Positions 1-13,775 of a stretch of DNA of 64,000 bases are shown in pieces. Below the pieces are notes generated by a model. The model was not told the DNA's origin. It made no database searches and saw only the letters and a list, made by a program, of their open reading frames with translations. The position numbers and the translations under genes were made by a program. Origin of the DNA: Tubiluchus corallicola (taxonomy: Eukaryota; Animalia; Priapulida); contig JAQGDQ010000285.1 of NCBI GenBank assembly GCA_030141605.1, forward strand, positions 62,001 through 126,000, read 5' to 3'. Each line of letters opens with the position of its first letter. Position 1 is the stretch's first letter.

Positions 1-218
1 TGCCAACTTCGCTTAACGTCCAAGTTTTTAGCAAAACAAAATATTTATATTTGCATAGACATACATGTATTAATGTACCTGTTTATAGTGCCAAGATCAC
101 TATAACGCCAACTTTTTTGCAGTCCCAAATTAGGCCGTTTTACTATACTTTTGCTATGCTTTTACCCAAATCTCAACTTTTATTGCCAAAAAATTCTATA
201 CAACTTTTCTCTTTGTAG

Positions 219-942
219 GTGTTTTGTTTGTGAGGAACAAGCTGCGGCATATTGCTGTCCAGCTTGTGAATTACGAACTTGTTCCTTGAAATGTGTGAGG
301 CAACATAAGCAGCAATATCATTGTACGGGACAGCGTGACAAGACAAAATACATTGGACTTCAGGCAATGAATGATCTCACACTTCTGAATGACTATCGTT
401 TGTTGGAATCAATAGGACGTGTCTGTGACAATGCCCAGCGCGACAGTTTGGCACATGCGCCAGTGAACTCTTTTTATGAGAAGAAAATGATCACTAAAGC
501 TAGGCAAAAAGGCATGGAACTTCTTATGCTTCCAAAACAGTTTAGAATTTGTCGTGAAAATACAACGTTTTTTAGCCACAAGCTGCATGTTTTCTTTTGG
601 CATATAGAGTTGATTTTTCCAGCTGTAAATGGCAGGTTTATTGAGAAAAAGCAGCACGAAGAAACAAAGTTGAAGACGGTCCTTTATAAATATTTTTCCA
701 TTAGCTCAGATAACTGTACAATTAGCCAGAAACTAGGAAAGCATTATGAAAATTGCGGCTTGGACAATGTTTGTGTGTTTATGCCTGATGTACCAAATGA
801 ACGAAATGTAAATGCTTCTTATACTAAGTTGGACATTAATGAAAGTATTGTTGCTAATCTCAAGGGTAAGAAGGTGCTAGAGCATCCTAAATTGTACATT
901 GTTTTGCCTCATGAGGTTGCAAAATACAGTAAAGATAGCTAG
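219..942 (+). CDS. ZNHIT6: Box C/D snoRNP assembly factor BCD1/ZNHIT6, terminal coding exon (5' exon probably outside the window)
   Basis: Acceptor ttttctctttgtag ends at 218. zf-HIT finger CFVC..YCCPACELRTCSLKCVRQHKQQYHCTGQRDKT, then LLNDYRLLE, NTTFF...FFWHIELIF and NLKGKKVLEHPKLYIVL, all typical of BCD1. Stop at 940-942; AATAAA near 1074. Confidence 0.9.
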
Positions 943-1857
943 TGACAATTGCAGCTGTTTCATTGCTAGATTTGCTGTCCTGGTTTTTGCTAAATCATGT
1001 ACCTAAATACTTATATTTTTAGAATGTCTTACCTGTAACCTGCTATTACTGTGAAGATTTTTAAGTACAGAAAAATAAAGCAGTAAAATTTAGTTGTTTG
1101 CAAACCACATTTGTTTATTTTTGCCTATGCATGTCAAGTTTTTACTATGAATTAGAAGCAGAATAATTTTTTCTGGCGACAATACCATAATTTGCATCAT
1201 TTTCCAAAAAACTTTGTTTTATGGAGAAGAGAAATATAAGTATTGACGTGATAATCGTTCAGGGACAATTAAATCTGCTCAAGGACCAATCCCACAGAAA
1301 TAGCTACATGTATAAGAATCTATTGAATGATAAATAATTTCTTTTAACTTTTTATGGCGGTCAAGTGTGAGAGCTGTTTTTTTGGCATTTGGTGTAACAT
1401 GCGGTCATATAAACAACATATAAACATTCAAACAAATACAGATTTGTGCATTTCTGTATTAGCTGAAGATTGTAATTTAATTGTAATTACATGTATTAAT
1501 GTGACTGAGCAGACCTGAAAATGACAATACAGCTGCATAAGTTAATGGCCACCTCGAAAAGAAAAAGAGATCGAGGGATGGATGAAAAGGAGGAAAGTGA
1601 AGAAAAGCACAGAGAACCAGAGTAGCTGTCTCGATGTGAAGACTAATGCTGCGCTGACACCAGTGACAACGGCGAGGATGACAGTGACAAAATAGTAATA
1701 ATAATAATGATAATAATATCTGTTTCTATTGTCGTCATCAAAATTGTCATTATCATTAATTGAGTTGTATAGCAGAAGCTGTTGAAGATCACTGATAAGA
1801 ACTACATGTAATAACTAACAGTATCAGCCATGAAGTTTATTCGTTTATTGTATAAAT

Positions 1858-2200
1858 TTTTCCTTGTGAAAAAATCACGCCTATGACAGTAATTGTCCAG
1901 AACAATTAACGTGAAGAAAGCTCACACAATGGCGCAATGCAATGCACGCACGTATGGAGATTATCACAGTTTGGCAGTTTTCCCTTGTGAAAAGTTACGC
2001 CTCATTACCAAGAGCAATTAAAGGTAAGAAAGCATACACTGTGGCGGAAACGCAACACACGCATGTATCACAGTAAGAGTTTGACAGTTCCAACTTCCAT
2101 CTCATGAAAAATTACACCGAGTCATTACCAAGAGCAATTAACGGAAAGAAAATGCACACAATCGCACAAATGCAACATAAATATAACACTGTAACTGCAA
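1858..2200. repeat. Three divergent tandem copies of a ~120-bp unit
   Basis: Units start near 1858, 1978 and 2095 and share ttcc..gtgaaaa..acgcc / cca(a)ga(g)caattaa..aagaaa..cacac..gcaa. Confidence 0.75.
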
Positions 2201-2336
2201 ACGGTTATAGTCCACGCTGTCACGCAAAAACATGTTTCCCCCAGGGCTTACATAACCTATATGATCATCCAGAGAGCCGTCATCCTAAACACTAAGGATA
2301 ATTGTTTTTTTATATTAAATGATGCTGTTATTTTTC

Positions 2337-4496
2337 TCACATTGTTCCAGGTATAATGTTATAGCTTTTCAAAAGAGGTATGTATTTTTGGCTATTGAGG
2401 TGCATGAAGTCATATCCCACACGCTCTAAATATTCCCCACATTGTTTTTCTATTGTAAGTATTTGAGTTTTCGATAAATCGCTTCGCCATTCTTCTGCTG
2501 TTTTTGTAGAATTTCTCCTAAAGGTGCCCATGATTGTTTCCCGTCGTCGCTTAGTATCTCCAAGCGCGTTCTTCTTCAAGTAGCGCTCAGTCTCAGCTGT
2601 GTAGTTCAAACCAACAAAGTTGAATAATTCTTTGGTTTTGTTAATAGGATCACTGGCTATATCTTCATATTTTATGATTTTCAATACATCATCGGGTAGA
2701 TTTAGCCTTGTCGCACTATCATAATTATCCATCATATCATAACACAGCCTCGAAGGAAATTTTGTATTATTTTTAACCTGTTGCCAACCAAGTTTCATTC
2801 TTGACCTCAATATCCCTCTAGGATCTCGAATCATGTGCAAGATTTTGACGATATAACCAGGTTGGTTTAATAGAGAAGCCACATCCAAGACATGAAGCCG
2901 TAAAATTTTATAAACATGAACGTTGTAGCTCTGACATGCTGTTTTCCACTGTTCAGAGGAAGATAAATTATTCTTTGATACTTTTCTACATTTAGATACA
3001 CGTGCCTCCAGGTCTTCGTTGTCACAGTTCTTTTCTCTTGCCATGGCTCGACTTCGATACACTGAATGTCTAAATTCCTGGTAAGCAGTAAAGTTTGCTA
3101 AATAACCGTCGGCGTAATTGCATGTAGAAAGTTTCTTCAGGAGTTTTTGACCTTCCGCTATCATCGAACCGCTGTGCCGATACTTGCCATAGCCGGCAGA
3201 AAATAAGTTAACTTGAGGAAACCAGATGGGCTCAAATACGTAAAAGACATCGGGGTGATTGTTGAAGATGTCGCCAACAAATGTTGAACCACCTCGTTTG
3301 TAAGCTGAAAGATGATAAAAAAATAAAGTTAGTTGATAGCGTTTGAGAAATCAAAAACAGTGATGGGTATGCATTTATGAATGTAGATTTTTGGTACACT
3401 TGCAAAATCTGTTAGAATGCTTTTAAATTTACTGGCAAAGTGACTGATTTTGGCAGATTTGTGGTTGTCATTCTCCGACCTTCATTCGGTCGTCATCTAT
3501 CTGTAAGCTATATGTACATCAGAATCAGATTTCATTGTGCTGTACGTACCTAAAAAATATATAAGTGTTTTCTTCCTTGTTGTGTTTCCTTTTTCCTGTT
3601 CAGAGTCATCTCGTTTCGAGAAATTAGGATTCTGAAGTCTTGTCATAGTTACATCAAATTCTTGGGTATCTAGAAAATCAGCATGCGATACAGCACCAAT
3701 GAGATAGGATTATTAAATCCTGGCATGGACATCTGTCTACCATCAAATCATATGAAATGGAGCTTGCTTACGTGGCAGAAATGTTTAATAACATTAATAA
3801 AAAAAGATGGCACAATGTTTTTAGCAACTGTTTTTGAAGTTGGTAGAACAATGATATTTCATGATAACTTATTAACAGCTAGTGGAACCTTGTCCTAGTA
3901 CGTATTTCGAATGTGTTGTGAAATTCCAGCTAGGTGCCTTGTTACCCTGATGGTTATTAGAGTCAACTTATGGGACATTTAAGAGAGCTGATACTTCTTG
4001 TGCGCTAGTAATATTTTCATGAGTAGTTCGTCTTGGTGCTGCTTTCACAATGCACATTTTTGCAAAGTAGAGCACTGTACGGCTCCATTATGCGCAGTAA
4101 CATAGGATGCGTGCAGTGTGTACCAAACATCTTCACGGGCTGAATGACTTTTATCCAAATATAATTGAAATGTTAGCATAAGTAATTGTTGGCCCATTAT
4201 AATACATGTAGCATCCCCAGCTCCCAAGTCTATGTATGCACGTTAATGGCGCCATTGTGGGTTAATAGGCAACTAATTCCCCGTTACAATTACCTGTTCT
4301 GTCTACCTTATCCAGTCAATAAATCTGTCCTTTATTTAGTGTGCTTTAATTATCTGGACAGCAAAAATGTCTGCATCTGAACAGCTTTCACAAAAATTGT
4401 TGTTTGAAACTTGTGTCATCACACGCGCAATGATATGGCTTTTGAGTTTTGACATGGCTTCATAGAAATAGTAACTTGCATTGCAGTAGACTATTT

Positions 4497-4527
<31 letters not shown>

Positions 4528-5047
4528 GTCACTGCACGTTCAAAACGAGCATGTGCAGATGTCGTTAAATTGATCTTGATTTTAATAATGAACCTGTACT
4601 GGCCAGCTTCTCCGGCACTGAAGTCAGAATGACACATTTGGTGTTCAGATTTCAAGGAAGAGGACATATTACTTTATACCAAGACTGTTTAGATTTAAAA
4701 ATTTTGACATCGTTCGCATGAGCTAAATCCCACGATTCGACCCGTTTGATTCAAACGATCCCAAATAAGGCAATCTTTGTTTCAGACTTGATGGTAGTGA
4801 GACCCTTAGCACAATTTGATACCTTTGATACGTTGAGCTTTTTTTCGTATTCATGCGCCCGTGAAAATGTTACACACAAATAATTATTAGGTACATAAAA
4901 AGCACAAAATAACTTACAGTCCTGAACAGGAGTTACGCGAACATGTTTTCCTTGTACATCGATTTTGTCAATGCTAGGCCCAAACTTAATGAAACATAGA
5001 CTGCAAATGAAGGCTAGCGCAATGAGTGAAGGAAATCGTCTCTTCAT
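2337..5047 (-). CDS. Golgi carbohydrate (Gal/GlcNAc-6-O) sulfotransferase, CHST1-like; complement join 4918..5047, 3550..3669, 2337..3304 (405 aa)
   Basis: Type II signal anchor MKRRFPSLIALAFICSLCFIKFG. The 5'-PSB motif [31 protein letters not shown] is formed across a phase-1 intron; 3'-PB motif KILHMIRDPRGILRSR; IKYEDIASDP. Introns are GT-AG and the exons sum to 1218 nt, in frame. Confidence 0.9.
4497..4522. repeat. (GA)n microsatellite
   Basis: Direct reading. Confidence 0.95.
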
Positions 5048-5384
5048 CACCTAAAAAAATTAGTTCAATTGTTTGATAGTATACCTGTTTTGAAATCAGA
5101 ATCTGTACCTGTACGTTCAACGTCACCGTTTTGTGCATTACTCTATTATGTGATTGAAGCCAACTAGACGAAATTTTTGCTTGTTGAGTTCGTCCAGGCA
5201 TTCCGCTCTAAGCTGTCGAGTTGTGCAGACGTTCTCGTGTCGTAACGATGGTCTAGTAGTCATGGTGTTTGCTTGTAGAAAAGAAGTCTGTCAGCATGGT
5301 GTATGACGTATATGATAGCTGCTTGTTAACGATGATACTTACCTGTTTGTCTGACACTGATGGAACTTACCTGTTACTGATGAG

Positions 5385-7320
5385 TATGATGTATGAAGTA
5401 TTGTACACCCCTGTACGACCTATACTGTTTACACAGCGTTTAAAGGAAATTTGTCGATAGCTGCTATATAAGTATGGTACCAACATGAATCCAGAAAAGC
5501 GGATGTAGTGTGGCAGGCTTGTGGCGATGGCGACTGTGTGGCCACAAAACCTATAAAGACGAAAATTTGCCCGTGTATAGCCAGTATGGCGGACATTACT
5601 GACTGCGAATAAGACGACGTAATCTGCATTATTTGGCAACAACGAAAAGAAAACCCTCACTATAACAGTCCTGTACACTTTCTGAAATTTCAATCATATT
5701 TAAGGTGTCAAAAAACGCCAATTCTTTGCCACTAGTAGCACAAGGACAGTTCTATTTTTAGTGTTAACCACGTGATTCAAAATGGCTTCCTTCAAGAGTT
5801 ACTGTTTCCCAAAGTTGAAAATGTTGATTTTATTGTCATAAGTACTAAGTATGGTACCAACATGGGCTTAGTAAAACGGCCGCAGCGCGTAAAGCGTTTG
5901 CAGGTGGCAGCTGCGTGGCACATGGTTAGCGTGATGCCGGAAGACTTTATTCAAGAGATATGGCTTCCCAAATTAGGCATTTCGATACCTTCGTCTCATT
6001 TAATAAAGGAAACATCTCGTTTATGCGTTTGCAAAATTTCAGTTGAACAAAAGCGGAGGAAAAATTTTCAGCACAACGCATCTTATTTTTTTTCACTGAG
6101 AATCCAATGATATATAGTACGTCTCTGTACAACTTATGGCTTTCTTTTAGGGAGCGTTTAAAAGAAACCATGTTGATACTTGCTACATAAGTATGGTACC
6201 GACATGTGTCTAGTAAAACGGCCGTAGCGTGGCCGGCCTGCGGCGGTGGCGACTGCGTGGCTCATCATTGAATAGAGAATTGACAGGATAGTCACCACTG
6301 GGCGTCATCGTGGTAAGTGGTGCTTCTTGTAGGAGTAATGGTTTATCAAAAACGGACATATATTGACGATTTTCTTGTCATAACTCAAGCGGGTCAAAGG
6401 ATCACGACCAGAAATTGTAAGTTAACACGGCTCTTTAGCTTAGCCACAAGCACTCCGAATTTCGCCAAGTAGCACTGTATAATTTTTGCGTTATTCTAAA
6501 AAGATGCGTATCTCGGAAACTAAGCATCGCAGAGCAAACATTTTACCAGATTCTGAATGTTCACATTTTCGGTGTCTAGCATTTTATTTGTTGTACATCT
6601 AACATCGTCATTTTGTGGTTAAACGAAATTCGATTCGCAATTGCGAAATAGTTCTTCTTAGTCTACATTTCTTTGCGACTCAAATGATGTATCGCACGTC
6701 ACTGTACGACTTTAAAGGGAACTTTGCAGTTTTTGCTATTGTCGTATACGTTACGTACATTAAGCATAGTACCGACAATGGCATGTTTGAGGCCCAGCAA
6801 AACGGCAACGGTTCAGCGTTCAACAAAACTGAGCCGGTTACTGATAGCCAGGGCATAGCGCTTTATATGTTTTTCCATTTGACTAGATGGCACTTTTTTG
6901 CAGGAGTAATTGCTTCTCAAAGATAGACGTATTTTGACGATTTTGGGTCATAACCCAGGCGGGTCAAAGAGTCACGACTGAAATTACAAGCAAAAGTGGT
7001 TCTCTATGCTAGCCATAAGCACACTAAATTTGGTGGAGTAGCTATGTCTAATTTTTGAGTTATATTCTAAAAAGATGCGTATCTCGGAAACTAACCATGG
7101 CAGAACGAAAATAACAGCAGACTCTGAATTTCAAATTTTCGACCGGACATCCTATTTATTCCCATTTTTGGCTAAACGAAACTCGACGCGCAATTTTGAT
7201 ACAGTGCATCAGATTCTACGTTTTATGGCGAATCCAATGATATATGGCGCGCCTCTCTGTTACTTATATCTTCCGTTTAAAAAGCGTTTAAATGAAATGT
7301 CGATACCTAAATGTTAATGG
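5385..7320. repeat. About 3-4 divergent tandem copies of a ~570-bp unit, probably transposon-derived
   Basis: Recurring blocks: aagtatggtacc (~5470, 5848, 6189; variant ~6762), aaaagatgcgtatctcggaaactaa (~6499, ~7070), gcgggtcaaag (~6389, ~6959), aatgatatat (~6107, ~6683, ~7237). Confidence 0.7.
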
Positions 7321-7339
7321 TGATTTCATTATTAGTCGT

Positions 7340-7844
7340 GATTACATTGGCGAAAGATAGACTGGCGAAAAGGCAGACTGGCGAAAAAGTAGATTGGCGA
7401 AAAACTAGACTGGCGAAAAAGTAGACTGGCGAAAAGGTAGACAGGCGAAATGTTAACTGGCGTAAAGGTAGACTGGCGAAAAAGTAGACTGGCGAGAAAG
7501 TAAACTGGCGAGAAAGTAGACAAGCGAAATGTTAACTAGCGTAAAGGTAGACTAGCGAAAAAGTAGACAGGCGAAAAGGTAGACTGGCGTAAAGGCAGAC
7601 TGGCGAAAAAGCAGACTGGCGAAAAAGTAGACTGGCGAAAAAGTAGACTGGCGTAAAGGTAGACTGGCGAAAAAGTACACAGGCGAAATGTTAACTGGCG
7701 TAAAGGTAGACTGGCGAAAAAGTGGACTGGCGAAAAAGTAGACTGGCGAGAAAGTAGACAGGCGAAATGTTAACTGGCGTAAAGGTAGACTGGCGAAAAA
7801 GTAGACTGGCGAAAACGTAGACTGGCGAAAAAGTAGACTGGCGA
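7340..7844. repeat. Minisatellite of ~16-bp units (GTAGACTGGCGAAAAA) with a recurring higher-order variant (AGGCGAAATGTTAACTGGCGTAAAG)
   Basis: About 30 units read directly. One more unit (actggcgaaacgac) reappears at 8630, after the LINE insertion. Confidence 0.95.
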
Positions 7845-8629
<785 letters not shown>

Positions 8630-9170
8630 ACTGGCGAAACGACATAGACAATCATCGTGAACACACAAGTTTGCTCAGTGAGTACGTTTATTCTTAAACG
8701 CATTAACTTTTTTGATTTGCTTATAAATAGACCTAACACATTAATTATTTACAGCATCCTCTTCAGAAATGGCTTATTTTGTTAGTTACTTCTTCCCTGA
8801 TGCGTTCATGCCACACGTTGTAAAGCACCATATTTGTTTGTTTATTGTATGACTCACTGAAGCAGTATCCGAGTCCGTCTTTACCCAAGGGCCTATGCTA
8901 ATGTCGGACAATGGAATTTTTGTGCCCGACTTTAGCCTGAATTAATTGCTTGTGTAGATAATTAACACAAATCTTTGCCCATGTGAATCAAAACTTAAAA
9001 ATAACATGATTTTAATTGTTTTAGAAACATGGGGTCATCGTTATCAAAACGGCTGGAAAGAAGGAAAACTGCAAATGTAAAAAACTTAAAGAATAAGATA
9101 GGAAAACTTTATAGCAGAATATATAAGAGTATATAGCAGAATATAAAACAGAATTCATATGTTTGTTGTT

Positions 9171-9230
9171 CTTGTTGTTGTTGTTGTTGTTTATTGGACA
9201 CACACACGCACGCACGCACGCGCGCACGCA

Positions 9231-9308
<78 letters not shown>
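9171..9308. repeat. Compound microsatellite (TTG)n/(CACG)n/(CA)n/(TA)n
   Basis: Direct reading; explains the spurious ORFs at 9021-9480. Confidence 0.95.
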
Positions 9309-9309
<1 letters not shown>

Positions 9310-10129
9310 TCAAACAAGGTCAAAGGCAATTCAATGTGTGGGACTACAGTAAAAGGTGAAAATGTGAATATAGGTTCAAAGAAACAGAATTCTTATGTTT
9401 GTTCTTGTTGTTGTTTATTAGACATAAAAATGTATGTATGTTTATACATTAGTAAAAGTACAAACAGTTTTCGTCTTTAATTTTTGCTATTTTTTGCTGT
9501 TTTTTAATAGTGGTTAGCATCGTGCTTTTCAGGAAAATAAGTTTCTGGTAGAGAAATTCACAGGCGAAAAATATGAAGGAAAAACTGAGTTTATAAGCAC
9601 CTGTCCTGCACATACAAGGTGCACAAAAATCCAAGTGGGCAGTAAGAGCCGAATCCACAAAACTCGAAAGTTTTGAAATACTGTATGATATCTGCACGTG
9701 AGACAGTTGGAATAACTATTTACTGACGAGAAAAGTTTAGTCAAAATATTGAACTTTTGAAAGAGTTAATGCTGTTGCAATTATAATGTAAAAGACTTAT
9801 AAGCCTATATATGTAAAAATTTATAAAAAGATCTATTTACATATTGACATAAACAACATTTTACTACCAAAAAAGTGTAGAAGATTAGATCAAGAGCATG
9901 TTCATTAAAGATGCCTAATGACCAAATTTACATGTAGGCCTAAATATATAAAAGTAAAACGCATTTTTATTATAAATACAATAGGTGTAATTTTTATGAG
10001 AGTAAATAAGTTGCTCAATATAGCAGCCAGGTAATATATAAAATGCATGTAGAAAGATCTTAAGAAGGATCTATAAGTATAATGGCCTAAATAATGATGT
10101 ATGAAATATATGTATATGATAAATAGAGA

Positions 10130-10228
10130 CAACAATAACAATAACAATAACAGTAACAATAACGATAACGACGACGACGACGACGACGACGACGATGATG
10201 ATGATGATGATGATGATGATAATAATAA
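10130..10228. repeat. Compound trinucleotide microsatellite (AAC/GAC/GAT/AAT)
   Basis: Direct reading. Confidence 0.9.
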
Positions 10229-10959
10229 TTGTTAACAGGCCTACATAAATTGTATTTAGCTCGTAGGCTTATAATTTTTTTTACCTTAACCCAGTTTTAC
10301 TCTGCGGAAGAATAAGACTGAGAAGCAGAAGTGAGATGCGTTTGTCATTTATACCGTTATTCTTTTGACACTTTTGGCAAAGCATGCAATTAGCATGTGC
10401 ATTCGCAGCGACCTGGACTATTCTACTACTTTCGTCATGAAAATAAAACTGTTAGTGAACAATTGCCATCTAACTTTTTGTTTTATGAGAATAAAAATAC
10501 AGACTTTACAAAAACACGCCTGGACTTACCTAGGTCGAAGACCCTCAAAATATCACACACACACAAAATTTGTGGAAACTGCAATGTGGTTACGTAGACT
10601 TCGCATTTTCACGCACGGGCATTAGTTTATATTATTCCGCTGGTTATAGTGGAGTTGTTGCAAGTAATCAATTGTCCAAAGATTTTGTTCACTGCTATGC
10701 AATATTAATTATATAATTAGCTAATTAGCCACATAGTTCACCATTCGTACTTCGAAGTGTATATGTGATGTGCATGCTAGGCATGTTAGTAAGGAATGAA
10801 AAGTAATAAATAATGCACTATTAGTAATGCTTATGCGAGAATGGCTTCCAATTGGTAAAAGTGTCTAAACAGGATGCAAACTGCATTATTGTGAATATTA
10901 TTGTGCATTATTGTGCTATTGTGAATTATTATTATATTCTCGTGTATTAGTTGGATTTT

Positions 10960-10960
<1 letters not shown>

Positions 10961-11027
<67 letters not shown>

Positions 11028-11045
11028 CAACGGCAACAACAACAA
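10961..11045. repeat. (AAT)n microsatellite
   Basis: Direct reading. Confidence 0.95.
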
Positions 11046-12271
11046 TTTTTATTTAAAGTCGACATTTGGATGAATCAATAAATTGAGGCTCAAAGAGCTT
11101 TTTGCCAACTGTATAATAACAAATCTAAAACTACACAACAGAGACTATTATTAACCCACTTTTACTCTAAATACCACGCGCCAGGCAGGGCAAAAGCAGG
11201 TAAGATTTTTAATGTTTTTAGTATGACCTGTCGCAGTATCGAAATCACGGCCTCCCAGACGAAAAGCAAACGCGTTACCATTAGACTATATCGTCTGTTT
11301 TTTTTTTACTTTCAAGCTTTCGTCATAACATTAGAAAAAATTAAGCAAATTACTATTAATTTCTTATCTCCCCAGGTTGTCCAGGAAGTTCTTCTTGTTA
11401 CCATGTCGCTTTGCGTACAATCTCTTTAGAAGATGAACTAAGCAGTAACTTTTGATCTTACATTATACAATCTTCTTCCGAATTTACATATGGACGAGTA
11501 GACAGACAGAGTTTGACATACTCCATCAGTGAGGGTAAAATGGTCCAACAATTTTGATCGACAAACAAATATTGTGGTGACAGTTTGAGCTACGCTTTTT
11601 AGGCTTACAATTTAGGGTTAATAAAAATACACTATTTATGTTAAATCTGTAACACCAGTTCACTTTGCAAAAATTAGGCCAATATTGTTTGTTAGGTTTC
11701 GTTACTTTGTCAGACAATGTCTATGTCACATGTTAAGTTGTCACATTTTTTATTTCTTTTTAAAATTTTGCAGTGAAGAGTTTATTTACTTATTTTTATC
11801 TATATCAGTAAACATAGTACCACATTACAAACATTTTTGTAACACACATAAAATTATTGGTAAGAGAAATTAAAAACGCTAACTAAAATACATATTAAAG
11901 ATAATTTAACCTAAAATTTCATAATTTAAAATCATCACATAATACCTTTCGCCAGTTTTTAAAAACTGACTCTAATACACACCAGATACAACCTCTAATT
12001 AGAATGTCATTTTTACTTGCAAATAACCGATTTCTTAAGGTATAGCAGCTCTTCCTTATTAAATTAAAACTTTAAAGTGTTGAACATTATTATGTGCTCG
12101 TAAGACGCTCTCATACATAATTCGTAATGTTTTGAAGCCTATTAAGAGCAACATTATAGGCCAATCTGAGCTTTGTAATGTTATATCTCTTCTAAGAATC
12201 CATATACTACTCAAATAAATTCCGTTACAATGCGACACTTTTAAATTCCTTTGAACAAAAATAAAATTTAC

Positions 12272-12274
<3 letters not shown>

Positions 12275-12326
<52 letters not shown>
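12275..12326. repeat. (TA)n microsatellite
   Basis: Direct reading. Confidence 0.95.
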
Positions 12327-12329
<3 letters not shown>

Positions 12330-12779
12330 TAGTGTATTAGGTCTTGCATAAAATAAATATTTACATAATCACTATAATCATCAGATAATATGTGCTCTAG
12401 ATACTTTTCACTTTTACTGACTTTAATGGGTTTACTATTAAATAAAACTAGTAAACTATGTGAAAATTAGTCAGAACTTTCTAGACGCCGTCCTAGGTTT
12501 CAGCCTTAACTGAATGCCTGTAATGAGGGAAGAAGTCGACGTGCTAATTATCTGTCCTATTTCTGTGCCGAGGCTTCGTAAATAGATGCCGTAACCGTCT
12601 GGCATGGGTATATTCTTCTTCTTCTTCTGTTTCCTTTTTTAATAATGAGCTTGCTGATTTTATCAATCGTATGTCAAAAGTATGAAGAGAAGTCTCTTGT
12701 GTGGGGGCATAAAAATACAAGGAGAAATAAACATGTTAAAAACACAAATGGATCTATGGCAGCCTCACTGAGGTCGTCA

Positions 12780-13400
12780 GATCTCGTTCGGACTTGTTCA
12801 AAGCCAAATGGCAGCATTATCTCGGTTTTTTCCAGTTGCTAAGTTTAACATTTGCTTACACTTCAAGTACCTTTCACTACCTGAGTTATACCATGTCCGC
12901 ACTAATTAACAGGTCTTCGTTTCTTGTCGAATTGCCAAAATCGGTCCACGTTTAAAACAATTTAGGTTCACTATGAGTTTTTTCTATAGCTTGAAATTGT
13001 AAGCTACACAAAAATAAATAAGAGCGGTAACAATACTGATCCCCGAGGAACGTCTACAATCGTATATATATTTAAATGATGTGTACATAATTGTTTATTG
13101 TGCACTTATTTTTCTATCATACAGGAAATTTTTAACAAAGCTCAACGTTCTACATTTATACCAGCTTAATCATCTAGTTACGATACCACATGTCTAGTTA
13201 CGAGTCACTAGCCAAATTTTATCGAGCGCGTTTTGAAAGTCACAGCGTATTTCCACATTTCCCATTTTTTGTCATTGGTAATACAAACTTCTGCTCGAGT
13301 TATATGGCTCTCTATAAAACGTTTGCGTTCCTCAGCAACTTTCTAGATGCTAATTTATGGCTTTCTAATGTGTTTGAAATATTAAAATCGTTTGCGGTAA
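12780..13400 (-). mobile_element. Decayed CR1/L2-type LINE reverse transcriptase remnant
   Basis: Minus-strand motifs in the expected order, broken by stops and frameshifts: VCITND (~13280), IRCDFQNALDKIW (like the DFSKAFDKV motif, ~13215-13250), VPRGSVLLPLLFIF (like GVPQGSVLGPLLF, ~13010-13052), LEKTEIML (~12812-12835). Confidence 0.65.
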
Positions 13401-13628
13401 GCTATGTCTGGTACTTTATTTAAGTCATCAGCTTGTTGTAAAACATATTGGTTACATTTTAAGCAATGTTACAGATGTAAACTGTATCAAATCAGAGGTG
13501 TAATATCCGTTGCGCTTAAACAAGTAGCGGATATTACATCCTCTAAATGAATTTGTGGGTGATTTAACTATTGCCGTGGTCAGTTACTGCCGTTTCGCGC
13601 CATCTGCCGCCAAAATTTAGCATATACC

Positions 13629-13775
<147 letters not shown>

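Noticed and set aside
151-218. ORF-track N-terminus of ZNHIT6 (MLCFYPN...)
   Set aside because: It starts at TTG in a pyrimidine-rich tract ending in tgtag, so it is intron sequence.
7332-7844. CRISPR-like array, or ORF 7332..7523
   Set aside because: Units are head-to-tail with no unique spacers, the context is eukaryotic and there are no cas genes; it is a minisatellite.
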